64,000 nt of DNA. Origin: Malacoraja senta. Its lineage: Eukaryota. The notes beneath the pieces were generated by a model. It ran no database searches, was not told the DNA's origin, and saw nothing but the letters and a program-made list of their open reading frames with translations. Both the position numbers and the translations under genes were made by a program. Positions 1-13,152 of the stretch are shown piece by piece; position 1 is the stretch's first letter, and each line of letters opens with the position of its first letter. The stretch spans positions 7,938,001 to 8,002,000 of the forward strand of contig CM075989.1 of NCBI GenBank assembly GCA_038087875.1. Direction: 5' to 3'.

Positions 1-208
1 TTTTCAACACTGGGAAAAAAAACACTTGGAACTGTTGGCATCAGCAAAATCCTGTGTGTAGCTGGCAAACAAGCCTCCAAGCAACTTTTCCCTTTGATGT
101 TACTATTGTGCTAGTGTTGTAATAATGACTCGGAGTACTTTCTATATCAGTGACCTATTTTCAATATCATCAAGAGCACAGATTATTTACGCAGTAGAGA
201 CATCTTCA

Positions 209-485
209 GGCCGCACAATGGTGGAGCTGCTGCCTCACAGCGCCAGAGACCCGGGTTCAATCCTGACCTCAGGTACCGTCTGTGTGCAGTTTGCACGTTC
301 TCCCTGTGACCGCATGGGTTTCCTACCGCATCCCGAACACGTGCGGGTTTGCAGATTAATTGGTCTCTGTAAATTTGTGGATACCAAAGCAGGACAACAT
401 GGAACTAGTGTGAACTGGCAATCAATGGTCAGCTTGGACTAGGTGGGCCAAAGGGCCTGTTTCCATGCTGCATTTCTCTTCAATT
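209..485 (+). mobile_element. tRNA-derived SINE (HE1/V-SINE-like)
   Basis: B-box-like gggttcaatcc head, V-domain-like core (gtttgcacgttctccctgtgacc...gggtttcc), CR1-like tail (tgggccaaagggcctgtttcc). Confidence 0.85.
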
Positions 486-967
486 CCATTCTCTCCCCAA
501 ATCAGATGCACCAACTTGAAAATATGCCGTCCTCAGCTATTTTTCACTATTGTGCCTCCAAAATTTAATTCTGGTTAATAATTATGAGGATTTCCTTCTA
601 AATGTCATCAGAGTAAACCCTTATGTGACCAGTCCTTGCTCCTAATCACGAGGCAGACAAGGTATTGTAGCTTTAATCAGTAACCACCAGAATGTGTGAT
701 GACCTACTCATTGTGTTGAATCCACTCCAGTAGCCTTGGGTCAAGGTCCTTGTCCAACCTGGTCTTGCTCCAAACATCTTTACATAAACGTGGATGTCCT
801 GGAATCTGATTGATGTCACCGTCTGTCTGTCAGGAACATTTACTTGCTGTGGAACACTAATCAAGTATTGTCTTTCCACGGACTGGTTAGCACGCAAGAA
901 AACCTTTTCACTGTACACGTGACAATAAACTAAACTCAAACGGAAACCTTGAAGGATAGAAAGTATG

Positions 968-1135
968 AAGATAGACACAAAAAGCTGGAGTAACTCCAGA
1001 CTGGTCTGAAGAAGGGACTCGAACCGAAACATCACCCATTCCTTCTCTCCAGAGATGCTGCCTGTCCCGCTGAGTTACTCCAGCATTTTGTGTCTATCTT
1101 CGGATTTAACCGGCATCTGTAGTTCCTTCCCACAC
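968..1135 (+). mobile_element. short Penelope-derived repeat with inverted 5' segment and 15-bp TSD
   Basis: aggatagaaagtatg duplicated at 953-967 and 1136-1150; the 5' portion is the reverse complement of part of the 3' portion. Confidence 0.85.
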
Positions 1136-2672
1136 AGGATAGAAAGTATGTTCTCTTTGGTCAGTTGTTGGTGTTTATCACTGTGTTGAAAGAGTACTCT
1201 GTTTACGTACCTGGTGTGCGGCTGCAAGCAAGAATTTTAATGCTCAGTTTTGGGAAATATGACAATAAAACTCTTGCCTCTCTTGGGGGTTGAGCATCTC
1301 AGAAATTTGAGTTGATATACTGACACTTCTGCAACAGATCGAAGAAACATCTTGGATGACCTGACCTGACCTGAGCCCAACACATGGATGCATCCTGAAG
1401 GTATGCCAGCGACTCTATTTTCTTAGATGTTGAAAGAGATTTGGCCTGTCACCAAAATCTCTAACAAATTTATACAGATGTCGAAAGTATCCTGACTGGT
1501 TGTATCAACACCTGGTACGGGACCTTTGATAAACAGGAACACAGGAGATTCCAGAAAGCGGTGGACTCAGCCCGGTTATGCCCTCTTTTTCATGTTATAT
1601 TGTTGCTATCATCAGGCAGGAGGTACAGAAGCCTGAAGTCCCACTCTACCACAACTACTTTCCTATAACTGCCAGGTTCTTGAACTGTGTAAGAAAGAAC
1701 TGCAGATGCCTGCTTAAATCGAAGGTAGACACCAAATGCTGGAGTAACTCAGTGGGACAGGCAGTATCTCTGGAGAGAAGGAATCCAAAGGTACTGCCTG
1801 TCCCGCTGAGTTACTCCAGCATTTGGTGTCTAGGTTCTTGAACTGACCTGCACAACCGTGATCATACCTTGGCAATGGAACACCAAGGACCAGTATGTTT
1901 AGTATGGGTGTCAGGGGGTATTTGGAGAAGGCAGGAAAATGGGGTTGAGAGGGAAAGATTGATTAACCATGAGTGAATGGCAGAGTAGTCTTGATGGGCT
2001 GAATGGCCTAATTCTGCTCCTGTAACTTATGAACATATGAAGATGTTTTCTAATTGTGTATGTTGTTGCTGCTTGTTTTGTTTTTCCAGTTTTTGTGTGT
2101 AATTTATGTTTTTGTGTGTCTGAATCTAGGTGCCTGCGATGTTGCTGCAAGCATGATTTTCATTATACCTGTACCTCTCTGTAGCTGTGCATGTGGCAGT
2201 AAACACCAACTTGACATCTGTTGCGTTTCACCAGTGCAATGTCTTGACAAGGCTGAAATTCCCTCACTTACCACAGTTTTGTCTGGCAAAGGATTAAAAC
2301 TGAATTCACATTGAAAGAGTGTTGCATATAAAGCAAGAGAGGGAATGACCCATCAGTCTATTCTTGGATGAAGATGCTTGGGATTGCTGAGGCCCACCCT
2401 GGATGCTTGGGATGCTTGTGAGGCCCCCCCTGGAAAGAAATGTCTGAATAGACATTTTCTTGATCTATTCCAATAATAAAGGGGAAGAAGATTGGACTTT
2501 ATTGCCTTCCATCACAGTGAGGAACGTGGGGAATCTGCTGTGGTGGATGTTTATGTTAACTTTTATGTAGTTGTGTGTCCTGCTTTTTTCCCCATAAGGC
2601 TGTATGGAATTCGCATATCACTGTATCTTAATTGGTACACGTGACAATAAAAGACCTTTGAAACCTTTAATT

Positions 2673-2707
2673 GGTCTGAAGAAGGGTTTCGGCCCGAAAC
2701 GTTGCCT
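2673..2707 (+). ncRNA. minimal type I hammerhead ribozyme-like motif (Penelope-associated)
   Basis: ggt-CTGAAGA-a-GGGT(TTCG)GCCC-GAAA-CG-TT-gcc: conserved core, 4-bp stem II, palindromic ACGT stem III, short stem I. Confidence 0.65.
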
Positions 2708-3803
2708 ATTTCCTTCGCTCCATAGATGCTGCCGCACCCGCTGAGTTTCTCCAGCACTTTTGTCTACCTTCAATTTTCCAACATCTGCAGTTCCTTCTTT
2801 AACCCTAACTGACCAATGCTTTTAATTAATACTGAAAAATAACAATTTGACCACTGTTAAACCCTGTCCAATTGGTGATTTCTTGGAGCGCAGAAGGAAA
2901 GGGATAATCTTATAGAGGTTAAAAAAAAAAATCATGAGGGGAATAGATAAGGTGGCTGCACAGAGTCTTTAACCCAGAGTAGAGTGAATCAAGCCAGGAG
3001 ACATAAGTTTAAGATGGGAGGGGAAAGATTAAATAGGTACCTGAGGGGTAATGTTTTCACACATAGTTTATTTCTTCTGTTCAGAATGGCCCTCATAATG
3101 TATTGTCTTTCCACTGACTGGTTAGCACGCAATGCAAGCTTTTCACTGTACCTCGGTACACGTGACAATACACAAAACTCAAACTCAGTGCTACCAAGAA
3201 TAAAGCCAAACTACTTGCAACACGACAGGTTAAAACTAGTAGCCAGTACATAAGTACATCAAAGTGCCTGGTTTTGAGTCGCTTATTTCTGGTATTCCTA
3301 ATCACTTTTTAAGTGCATTTTATTGACACTAACTCCATTGGCAGATTTCCCACTCTGCACAGTGCCGGCTTTCTGGTTTTGTTTCTGAAGACTGATGCTC
3401 TGCCAAGATTGGGAGCCTTTCAAATACCTTGCAGAAAGATGTGGCCAAGGTGCTATGGGCATCTTCAAAGCACACAGTTCATCAACAAGTGAGACACCAA
3501 CGCATTAATTATAATCTTTAACCAAACAATGTCAAATGGAGTGTGCGGCTTCATAAACCAGAGTTAAAGCGTAGAAAATCAAATTGAGTTTAGGGAGATG
3601 TACTATAAGACTCTGGGGACTCGTAAATGAAACTTGAGGTTATTAAATCATAAAGAGTGTGATGAGACCTGAACCTCGTTAGACCAAGGGAATTGGGGTT
3701 GAATAATAAAGGTTAGAGAATCAAAGACCAAGAACTTTGTCCCTGTCCGACACTGAATCAGTCTCCGTGTTGTATTTAACGTACCCATGTCATCCTATTT
3801 TAG

Positions 3804-4098
3804 GGCAGTACGGTTACGCAGCGGTAGGGTTTCTGTCTTACAACACCAGAGATCCGGGCTCGATACTAACTACGGGTGCTGTCTGTACGGAGTTTGTACG
3901 TTCTCCCTGTGATCGCGTGGGTTTTCTCCGGGTGCCCTGGTTTCCTCCCGCATTCCAGAGACGTACAGGTTTGTAGCTTAATTGGCTTTGGTAAGATTGT
4001 AAATTGTCCCTAGCGTATAGGATAGTGCTAGTGTACGGGGTGATTACTGGTCGACGTGGACTCGGTGGGTAGAAGGGCCTGTTTCTCTAAAGTCTAAC
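3804..4098 (+). mobile_element. tRNA-derived SINE (HE1/V-SINE-like)
   Basis: Same family as the copy at 209-485. Confidence 0.88.
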
Positions 4099-5349
4099 TC
4101 CGGGATATGTGATCAAGGCATTTGAGATAAACAGCCAAAAACCGGAGCAAAAGGATACAAGAACAAACACTAGAAATGACAAGTAAGGACAATATATATC
4201 TTTGCTTATCTTATGTAAGGGAAATCCTTTTGAGATAATAAATGGACCTGGGTCTGGTCAGATTTGGTAGCTATTTGAGGGAAAAACAGCCAGTGTTGAA
4301 GGACTTTTTTATGTTCTTCATTCCTCCAACTATGTATTGGAAAGACCATCACCTTCTGTCCTGACAGTACGTTGGTTTCCAACTCCACCAGCCATCCCTC
4401 ACATTGGCCACAATCTGAAACTGAATCAGCCGTTGTGTCGTGTGTGACTACAGGCTGAATTTTGAGCCTCCTCCCCAAGTCACCCTCCACCCATCGTGTT
4501 AAGATCAGTTTAGGTAATGAAGGGTATATTTGACATGCAATGATTGAACAATTTCCCAAGTGGGTTTAATTCAGGGGTTTGTAGCCCCCGTCTCATCCCA
4601 CGGATCACCGGTCATAATTGCAGCATCAGAGAAATAAAGTTGTCAAAATATATCCGACGGCCATGCAGATGTGTATTGCAGACTTCCAGCATTAATAAAA
4701 TGGATGCTCTATGTAGGCGTACCACGAGGAGACAAGAAAAAGAGGTTTGAGGGATGAAATAGGAGAGTAAAGTTAATTACAGCAGACTTAAGGATAGGAT
4801 GACACCACAAATTACTGGCAAGCCAGGTTACATTAATCATTCACAGAACAAGATTGGTCATTACAGAGCACATTCTATACAGACCTAGAGAGTAATTTAT
4901 TTCCAATTCATTGTGATATATGATTGATTTTCTCATAACTGGTTCTTTAAACTGTTACGTACTTACCTTTCTCGTATTGCCAGGGCAACAAACACGTCAA
5001 GGCTACGACTTAGTCTCCTTATACGGTGCTGGAAACAAATGCAATTAGCGAAAGGGGTAAGTCAGTGCTATTTTGTTCAACTATGAATCATATTGATTTT
5101 TTTTTAATGTTTAAAGGTTGACAAGGAATGAGTGAGATTTCTTGTATCATGAAATTTATTCCTCTGACATACATTGTTTTAATTTAATTGAAAGTGATAT
5201 AAAATGCATTGATGCCAGTGGTTCTTTGCATTTCAAAGTTATTCTAATTTCTTGTTCCTTGAAAGGGTGCATCAAGTGAGCCGACATCTTAAACCACCAC
5301 AATCCATGTTGAAACTACACCCACTCTGCATGCTAATAAGATCAGATGA

Positions 5350-6250
5350 GATTAGTTTATTGTCATATGCACCTGGGTGCAATGAAATTCATTGTGCAGG
5401 AAGCTCATAGAGTATAGATGGTATTGATAGATAAGACAATAAATACAGACCTGTTCAAAACAGCAGAATGGGGCAAAGGTTGTGGTGGAAAAATCATTTC
5501 AGCGCAATAACAGAATAACCAATTGTGGTAGAGTTAAGAGTAAGAGTACATTGCAGCAACTGGACTGTGAAGGAGGTGAATGGTTCAGAGTCCGATAACA
5601 GTGTGGGAAGAAGCTGTTCTAAGTCTTGAACATCCAAGCTTTCAAGCTTCTGTATTTTTTCCAGAAAGTAAATGAGATGAGAATGGCCAGGGTGGCAGGT
5701 GCCTTTGACGATACTTCCAGCCGTCCTGATGTAGACTGGATGGATGGAAGTACTGAGCCTGTGATGGACTATGCTGTGTTCACCACTGTCTGCAAGTTCA
5801 GGCAGTCAAGACCAGAGCAGTTGCCACACAAGGCTGCGATGCATCCTGTCAGAGTACTCTCCATAGTCCATTGTAGATTAATCTTTGTGGACCTGCTGAA
5901 TCTTCTCAGATATTTAAGAAAGTAAATACGCTGAAGTGCTTTCTTGATCACCGCATTGTTGTGAAGAGACCAGGTGAGGTTGTTGGAGATATGAATGCAT
6001 TGGAACATGAAGTTGAGAACATCTGACCCATATTTGATGAAGGCCTATAAATATGTCCTTGCCGTAACATTGGATGACTTGAAAGGAAACCCAATGGTCC
6101 TTGCGCATCTGCTGCTCTTGCTTGTCAAGGTTAGTGAAGATTTTTGTTTGGTAGTCCATCAAAGATTCGTTGGCAGTTTGTGGCAATTGTAGCTACACTG
6201 CATTAGTGGATGAGGATGAGATATCCACTGGCATCATGAATGGTTACCAA
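5350..6250 (-). mobile_element. Rex1/Babar-like LINE fragment
   Basis: ISNNLTWS.H...IKKALQRIYFL..LRRF....ESTLTGCIAALCGNC...LQTVVNTA. Confidence 0.75.
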
Positions 6251-7295
6251 ATGTTAGCATCAGTGTAATTCTTCATAGTTCTCATGTGCTTGCTCTGGTA
6301 CATCTTAATTTCCTTTCACGTAGCATTTAATCTTTGGGGCTATCAGCGGTAGCTGATCGGAGCAACATTTCATAGCCTTCTCTGGTTTTGACCACTTATG
6401 AAATTATAAACATGTCAAGCCAGTCCTTTTTCTATCGATGTTCCTTTCGGAGGGGCTTTGCTTGTGGAAAGGTTCATTCTTTATTTTTTGATATTGCTAT
6501 TTTATTTTTGCTGACAAGGCCAGTTCATATTGCACTTTCAATGGGCACTAAGGATTATATTACTGTGGGTCTGGGATCATATAAATGGCCAGACAAGAGG
6601 CAAACATTGGAGATTTCAGTCTCTGAAGGAGATCAGTAAAGCAGCCGTTTTGTGGAGGTTGGTAGGTTCTTGATTAGTACAGGCATCAAAGATCATGGGG
6701 ATCAGGCAGAAAAAACGGGTCGAGATGGAGGAATAGATGCCATGAATAAATGTTGCAGCAAACTCAATCCCAAATGACCTAATTCTGCTCCTATGTCTTA
6801 TGGTCTAAGTCTGGGAGGTTCCAATGTCGGCATTATTGATACTAGCACGAAATAGTATTTATTGATAAATTCCCGATTTATTTAGTTCTACTAAACTAAA
6901 TTCTATGCTGGTCTGGTGGGGTTTGAACTTGAGTCTCTTAATCACATCCAAATTATTAGTTCAGTAAGATAACCACAACATTATCATGCCAACGTAAGAT
7001 TTTTACAGACTATGGTGGTATCCTTGTTTCTTAAGATGTTATAAAGTTCAGCTTTTGTTTCCATGCTAATATTGTTTGACGTGCGGCACTGATATTTGCT
7101 TTGGACCAAGTAAGATATCTCATCTGTTTTACATTCATCGCATGTATTGTTGTATTTACAGTATCTATCATTTCCATGTATACCGTGTACTTTGTGAACT
7201 TCATTGCACCCTGGTGTGTATGACAAGAAACTAATCTGAATCTGGGACATTGTACAGAAATTGTGGTGATCCAAGTGGATATTCATGATCCCTTA

Positions 7296-7834
7296 AGGGC
7301 CTGTCCCACTTGGCCGTCATTTGTGCGCCATTTACGCGACCTGGTAGCGTGTAGGTAGCGTGTGGGTAGCGCGGGACGGGCACATAGAGAGACGTGGAGG
7401 AGTGTGGAATGACGGCCAAGTGGAACACCCTTAAGGGTGGAGCACAACGTCTCACCTCCAACAGCAGCAGAAGCAGGCAAACGATCGCCGAGCTCGGCCT
7501 GGGGCTCACGGCCATTGCAGATCCGGATCCGCCCCCACTCCTACTCCCAGAGCGGGGCCATGACGATTGGAGATAGACACAAACTGCAGGAGTAACTCAG
7601 CAGGACCGGCAGCATCTCTGGAGAGAAGCAATGGGTGACGTTTCGAAACGAGACCCTTCTTCAGACTGCCGGTGCCGCTGAGTTACTCCTGCATTTTGTG
7701 TCTATCTTCAAATTACGTCACGCGCTCCAGACGGCTGTGCGGACGCATGATGACGTGCGCAACCGTCGTGCGACTGTCACGCGTCAGTCACTAACGGCCT
7801 GTCGCGCAAATGACGGCCAACTGGGACAGGCCCT
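7296..7834. mobile_element. PIF/Harbinger-type MITE
   Basis: TIRs AGGGCCTGTCCCACTTGGCCGTCATTTG / CAAATGACGGCCAACTGGGACAGGCCCT; TTA duplication (7293-95, 7835-37). Carries a Penelope-derived segment at about 7571-7710. Confidence 0.85.
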
Positions 7835-8519
7835 TTATTCTTTTCAAAAAGAGCTCAAAAAGTTCCAATGTGTTAAAATTTCTCCCTCAGTCAACATTGC
7901 CAAAACAAAGTAACCAACTATAAATGTTGTCTTGGTGAGGCTTTGCTGCATTAGTTTATATAAAGTCGAGAGTCATACGTATTGAATGATTTTGAAAAAT
8001 GTAATTGAATTATCTATAAATTCCTCCTTTCCTTCAGTGCCTTAGGCAGAGGAGGTTCCTGCCATGTGGTTTTATTGCACGTGATGAGAATTCTGTCTGA
8101 CAGATGGGCTTGTCTTCATTTTGCTCAAAGTGCATTTACTTGATTATTCTTCCAGTGATAATATATATATATATATACTTACAGCGGGCAGCCGCAGGCT
8201 TACAAATCAACTGACTATTACACTGAAGGACAGCTGAATCTGGATAAAGTCTATATGGCAGCATTCAGATTCAATCTGCGATGAGGTTTGAAGCAGTTAC
8301 ATTATGAGGGTTGATGGGGCATGGTCATGCAGCTGTCTGCTCGTTACAACCAAGCAGCGCGAGTGTGGGGCAATGTAATCTGTGCTAGACATTCTTTTGA
8401 AGACATTGTCCTCTATGCAGGATAGAACCAAAGAATATTAGCAGGTTGGTAAAATCTCAAGGAACCATTTTTATTAGTCATTGAAATGTCCAGGATAAAC
8501 AGTAGAGAAATAATTTTGG

Positions 8520-9125
8520 ACCTGAACTTGTAGGGGTTTAGAGTGAAGGATGAGAGGACACTTCATTGAAACTTACCAAATAGTGATAGAGTGGATATGG
8601 AGAGAATGTTTCCACTAGTGGGAGAGTCTAGGACCAGAGGGCACACCCACAGAATTAAAGTTTGTACTTCTAGAAAGGAGATGAGAAATAATTGATTTGG
8701 TCCGAGGGTGGTGAATCTGTGGAATTCATTGCCACAAACTGCTGTGGAGGCCGTCATTGAGTATTTTTAAAGCAGCGATTGATAGATTCTTGATTAGTAG
8801 GGATGTCAAAGGTTATGGGGCGAAGGCAGGAGAATGGGGGTTGAGAGGGAAAGGTAGATCAGCCATGATTGAATGGCAGTGTAGACTTGTTGGGCCGAAT
8901 GGCCTAATTTTGCTCCCATGACTTATGAACATGAAGATTGGTGGGTGCTTGGAACCGCTGCCTGCAGCAGGTACGATAGTGGTGTTTTAGGCTTTTAGAT
9001 GGGCACATAGGATATGAGGGGAATGGATGGATATACATGCAGATCATGCCGGCAGAGACTGGTTTAACTTGGCAACATGTTCGGCACAAGCATTGTGGAT
9101 CGAGGGGCCAGTTCTATCTTCTATG
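8520..9125 (+). mobile_element. CR1 3' fragments
   Basis: gagtctaggaccagagggcac...gtggtgaatctgtggaattcattgccaca...gggccgaatggcctaat, the same 3' region as the CR1 at 42261. Confidence 0.8.
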
Positions 9126-10375
9126 CTTTTTGCATCATTGATTAAACCTGTTGATTAAGTTTTAAACTGATCATTTGTTGAAATAAAGGCAAGTAGCTGC
9201 AGGGCAGGAATAGGTAAGAATGGAGGGAATTGTCAACACTCAAGCCAGCCACGAAGGGAAAGCTTCATCCTTCAGGTTTACTGCAAATGACACAGCTCAC
9301 ACACTAACAGGTGGAGGTGTCACCCCCCCCCCCCAAAGTTTTTGAAATTTCTGTGACACAAGATTAATTGCTGTATTCACTGTCTCTGCTCAATCATCAA
9401 CAGATCCAGATGGTGCACTTTAAAGCAAACACATTTAACAAAGAAGTCAAGAGATCATGGCTCTGACTTGCAAAGGCAACCAGAGGGGAAATGAGGATTT
9501 TTGTTTTCCCTGGAGGATTTAGATCTGAAACGAAAATCTAAAAGGTGGAATCAAATTTCATGTAAATGTTTGCAAGGCAGATGAACATGTTTCTGAAATG
9601 ATTCATTTGCATTTCTGTGGAGCAAAAGCTGAGAGCCAAGTCCTGTGTGAAATGGTCACTTCCTATGGTGCAAGTTTCCACTGAATGTAGAATTTGTTGG
9701 TAAGATACAGTAAATATACCATATAAGGTGCAGCTCTCCACTTTCCTTTGAAAATCAAATATTCTGGGCTTTAATCAATAGGTAAATGCACCACTCAAAT
9801 TGATACTGATCAAAAAGCACCAGGTAAATCCATCAGTATGTTTCCATACATTCTAGAGTTGCCAGTCACAATTTGAAGCTTTCGGGAGCAAAATCTAATT
9901 CAATGTCAAATATTAAGCCCTTTTCCAGTGAGTACTGGACCTCTGCAACAAGTTGTTGGATTGTATGGTACTGCCAATGAATTCCTTCAACAGAGATCAA
10001 TGAGTGTGCCAAGCTGGGGCAGCGATCACCTCAAACGAGGGGTGGGTAGTGCATGACATTAAGCACAGCCAGTGAGTCTTCTGTGAGTGTGCAGTCCAAT
10101 GCCCAGACTTTACACATTGTCTTTCCCTAACCCCCACCTTCTAACAAGAATAAAACTGTCATTGTACCTTTGACACTCCCATGGGATTACATGGCCTTGG
10201 GTCGGTGGTAAATTTGCAAGTGTGGTGCACAAATTAGTGCTGTGGGACAGATTGGATAGAGTGGATAATCATTCTTTTCTTCATCGTTTATAAATTAAAT
10301 GTAAATACGCAGATTCGCAAAGCAGTTGCACCATGGAAGTGGCGCATTGAGTCAGTGCTAGGCAACAGAAATCCA

Positions 10376-11095
10376 TTTAATAATCATGATCATACTTTAT
10401 TAGCCAAGTATGTTTTGCAACATATGAGTAATTTGATTTGCCATACAGTCATACTAATAACAAGCACCAGAACACACAAAATACATTTTAACATCAACAT
10501 CCACCACAGTGACTCCTCCACATTCCTCGCTGTGATGGAAGGCGAAAAAAAGTAAAATCTCTTCCCTCCATTGTTTTCCCGTGGTCGGGGGCCTCGAGCC
10601 TTCCGTTAATGGGATGATCTTGACTCCCGCAGCTGACGGTTGGGCCCTCCGCGTCAGGGCGAGCAAGCTCCTGCATCAGGGATGTCAGCTCCCCTCGCTG
10701 GGTGACCTGACCCCGGATCGGGGCTTGTCGAAACCTTCTGCGACTGGAGCTTCCCGACTCGGTCTCTACCCGAGACTGCGAGCTCCTTGATGTTAAAGTC
10801 CGCAGGCCGCGGTTGGAGCGTCGATCCCAGGCAAGGAATCTACTCCAATGGTAAGTCTACACCCCGCGGTGGGGCTCAAAGTGAGTCCCGAGCAAGGCCT
10901 CTAGCTCCATGATGTTAGGCCAGATATACGTCCCAGAAAACAATCGCATCTCCAGCAAGGTAAGAGACTGAAAAAAAAATCCCCTGACCCCCTCCCCCAC
11001 ATAAAACAAACCAGAGAACATTAACACAAACTTTTAAAACACACTAAAAATAACAAAAAAATACAAAAGGACAGACTGTTGGCGAGGCTGCCATA
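10376..11095 (-). mobile_element. non-autonomous retroposon with GC/CpG-rich core and LINE-like tail
   Basis: CpG-rich non-coding core; minus-strand 3' end ...ttggctaataaagtatgatcatgattatta, typical of LINE-mobilised tails. Confidence 0.55.
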
Positions 11096-12667
11096 GTGCA
11101 GTCAAAATCTTGGAATAGAGCCTCATTAGACGGGTCCAGGGCTAAACCTCAGTTCTCACTACCAGACCAAGGGCTCCTACCTAGTGAGGTGCTGATCTAA
11201 GAATTGCACTGAGTGCACGCATTGAAGTTGTTCATTTATTGACCGTCTGGTCTATTATGTAAAGTAACCCTAGACATCTTCATTTTCTCTTTTCAAGCCT
11301 TGAATTAGAGAAAAACACAAAGTGCTGGAGTAACTCAGTGGCTCAGGCAGCATCTGTGGAGGGTAGGGACAGTTGACATTTCGGATCAGAACCCTTTAAA
11401 CTACTTGGGTATGAAATAATGTAATAACGCAGTCACAGAAATGGAAATCAGAAACTTTTTTATTTAAAAGTTCAACTGTTCGTCTATTTCCAACTTACTA
11501 ACTAACAATGTTTCATAAAAATTGTGCACAATTCTTTTCCTGAAATAGTTAAAAGTAACTTGCCATGTTGGAGACATATCGTTCTTTTCCTTATTTTAAA
11601 AAAATACAAAAAATTCGGCTTCTTTAAAAAGAGGGCTCAGTGCAAATGAACAGTAGTTTCACGAAGAAACTGTGCTGCTTTATCTGTAACTAGTTTCGCA
11701 GAAGTCTCGGAGAAACCTTACACAATCGCCCGTCGTTGGCGCTGCGCCAAGTTCTAAGGTTTCACCCCAACCATCACACTTCACCCAGTTTCTCTCTCTC
11801 CGCTTCATTCTCTTCATCTTTTCCCACACGCTTAAAGTCACATTCATCTCAGTCCCGATTAAAATGACAACGATGCTCAACAGCCGGCCTGACAGTTTTT
11901 GCAGCCTTCTGCTCTGTTGGTCTTGTGGGCCAAGTGAAGACCTTGTCCAAGATCTTAGGAGGGACAGGTGCCAACAGCTTGATGTGAAGCTTCCTGCAGA
12001 TCAAGCAGAACCACTTTGTAAAATGTGATTATAAACGTATTATTTGATTTGTGGCAAGAGCGAAATAAAGAGCTTTGTTTTAAAAACCAAAAGTTCAGTA
12101 TTGTCATATTTAGTATACCCACCGCTGTGTTCAAACCATTTAAAAAACAATTGCTAATCAGATATGATTTGTGCATTCATGGGTAGACAAAAATGCTGGA
12201 GAAACTCAGCGGGTGAGGCAGCATCTATGGAGCGAAGGAATAGGTGACGTTTCGGGTCGAGACCTTCGCTCCACAGATGCTGCCTCACCTGCTGGGTTTC
12301 TCTAGCATTTTTGTCTACCTTCGATTTTTCCAGCACCTGCAGTTCTTTCTTAAATATGAGGATTCATGGGGGGTCATTTAGGAACAGATGTCTTCACTTT
12401 AATGCCTAGTGTCACATGAGGGTGGGGGAATGGAACATATGAACATATGTGAGATTCTTCACACACACACACATTGGTGCTGTGGTAATTGTCTACCCTG
12501 TTTCAAATATAGAGCAAGCATCTTTAGATTTACCTTTTATGAAAACAATTACTAAAGGAAGCAAAGGGTGTCAGGGTTAATGGGAGTAACGGAATCGACA
12601 AGGTAAAGTGCCGCACACAATGCACATAGTTCTCCTGGACTTGTATCGGCTCGCGCCTTTTAAGATT

Positions 12668-13152
12668 CAAGAGGGATTCAAGAGAGTTTATTGTCATGTG
12701 TCCCAGATAGGACAATGAAATTCTTGCTTTGCTTCAGCACAACAGAACATAGTAGGCATAACTAAATACAGAACAGATCAGTGTGTCCATATACCATTAT
12801 ATAAATATATACACACATGAATAAACAAACAGATAAAGTGCAAATAAACATATAATGGTCTATTAATGTTCAGAGTTTTGTCCGAGCCAAGTTTAATAGC
12901 CTGATGGCTGTGGGGAAGTAGCTATTCCTGAACCTGGATGTTGCAGTCTTTAGGCTCCTGTACCTTCTACCTGAAGGTAGTAGGGAGATGAGTGAGTGGC
13001 CAGGATGGTGTGGGTCCTTGATGATGCTGCCAGCCTTGTTGAGGCAGCGACTGCGATAGATCCCCTCGATGGTAGGGAGGTCAGAGCCGATGATGGACTG
13101 GGCAGTGTTTACTACTTTTTGTAGTCTTTACCGCTCCTTGGCGCTCAAGTTA
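12668..13152 (-). mobile_element. Rex1/Babar-like LINE 3' end
   Basis: ORF2 C-terminus (actgcccagtccatcatcggctctgacctccctaccatcgag on minus) plus a 3' tail with aataaactctcttgaatc. Confidence 0.75.
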
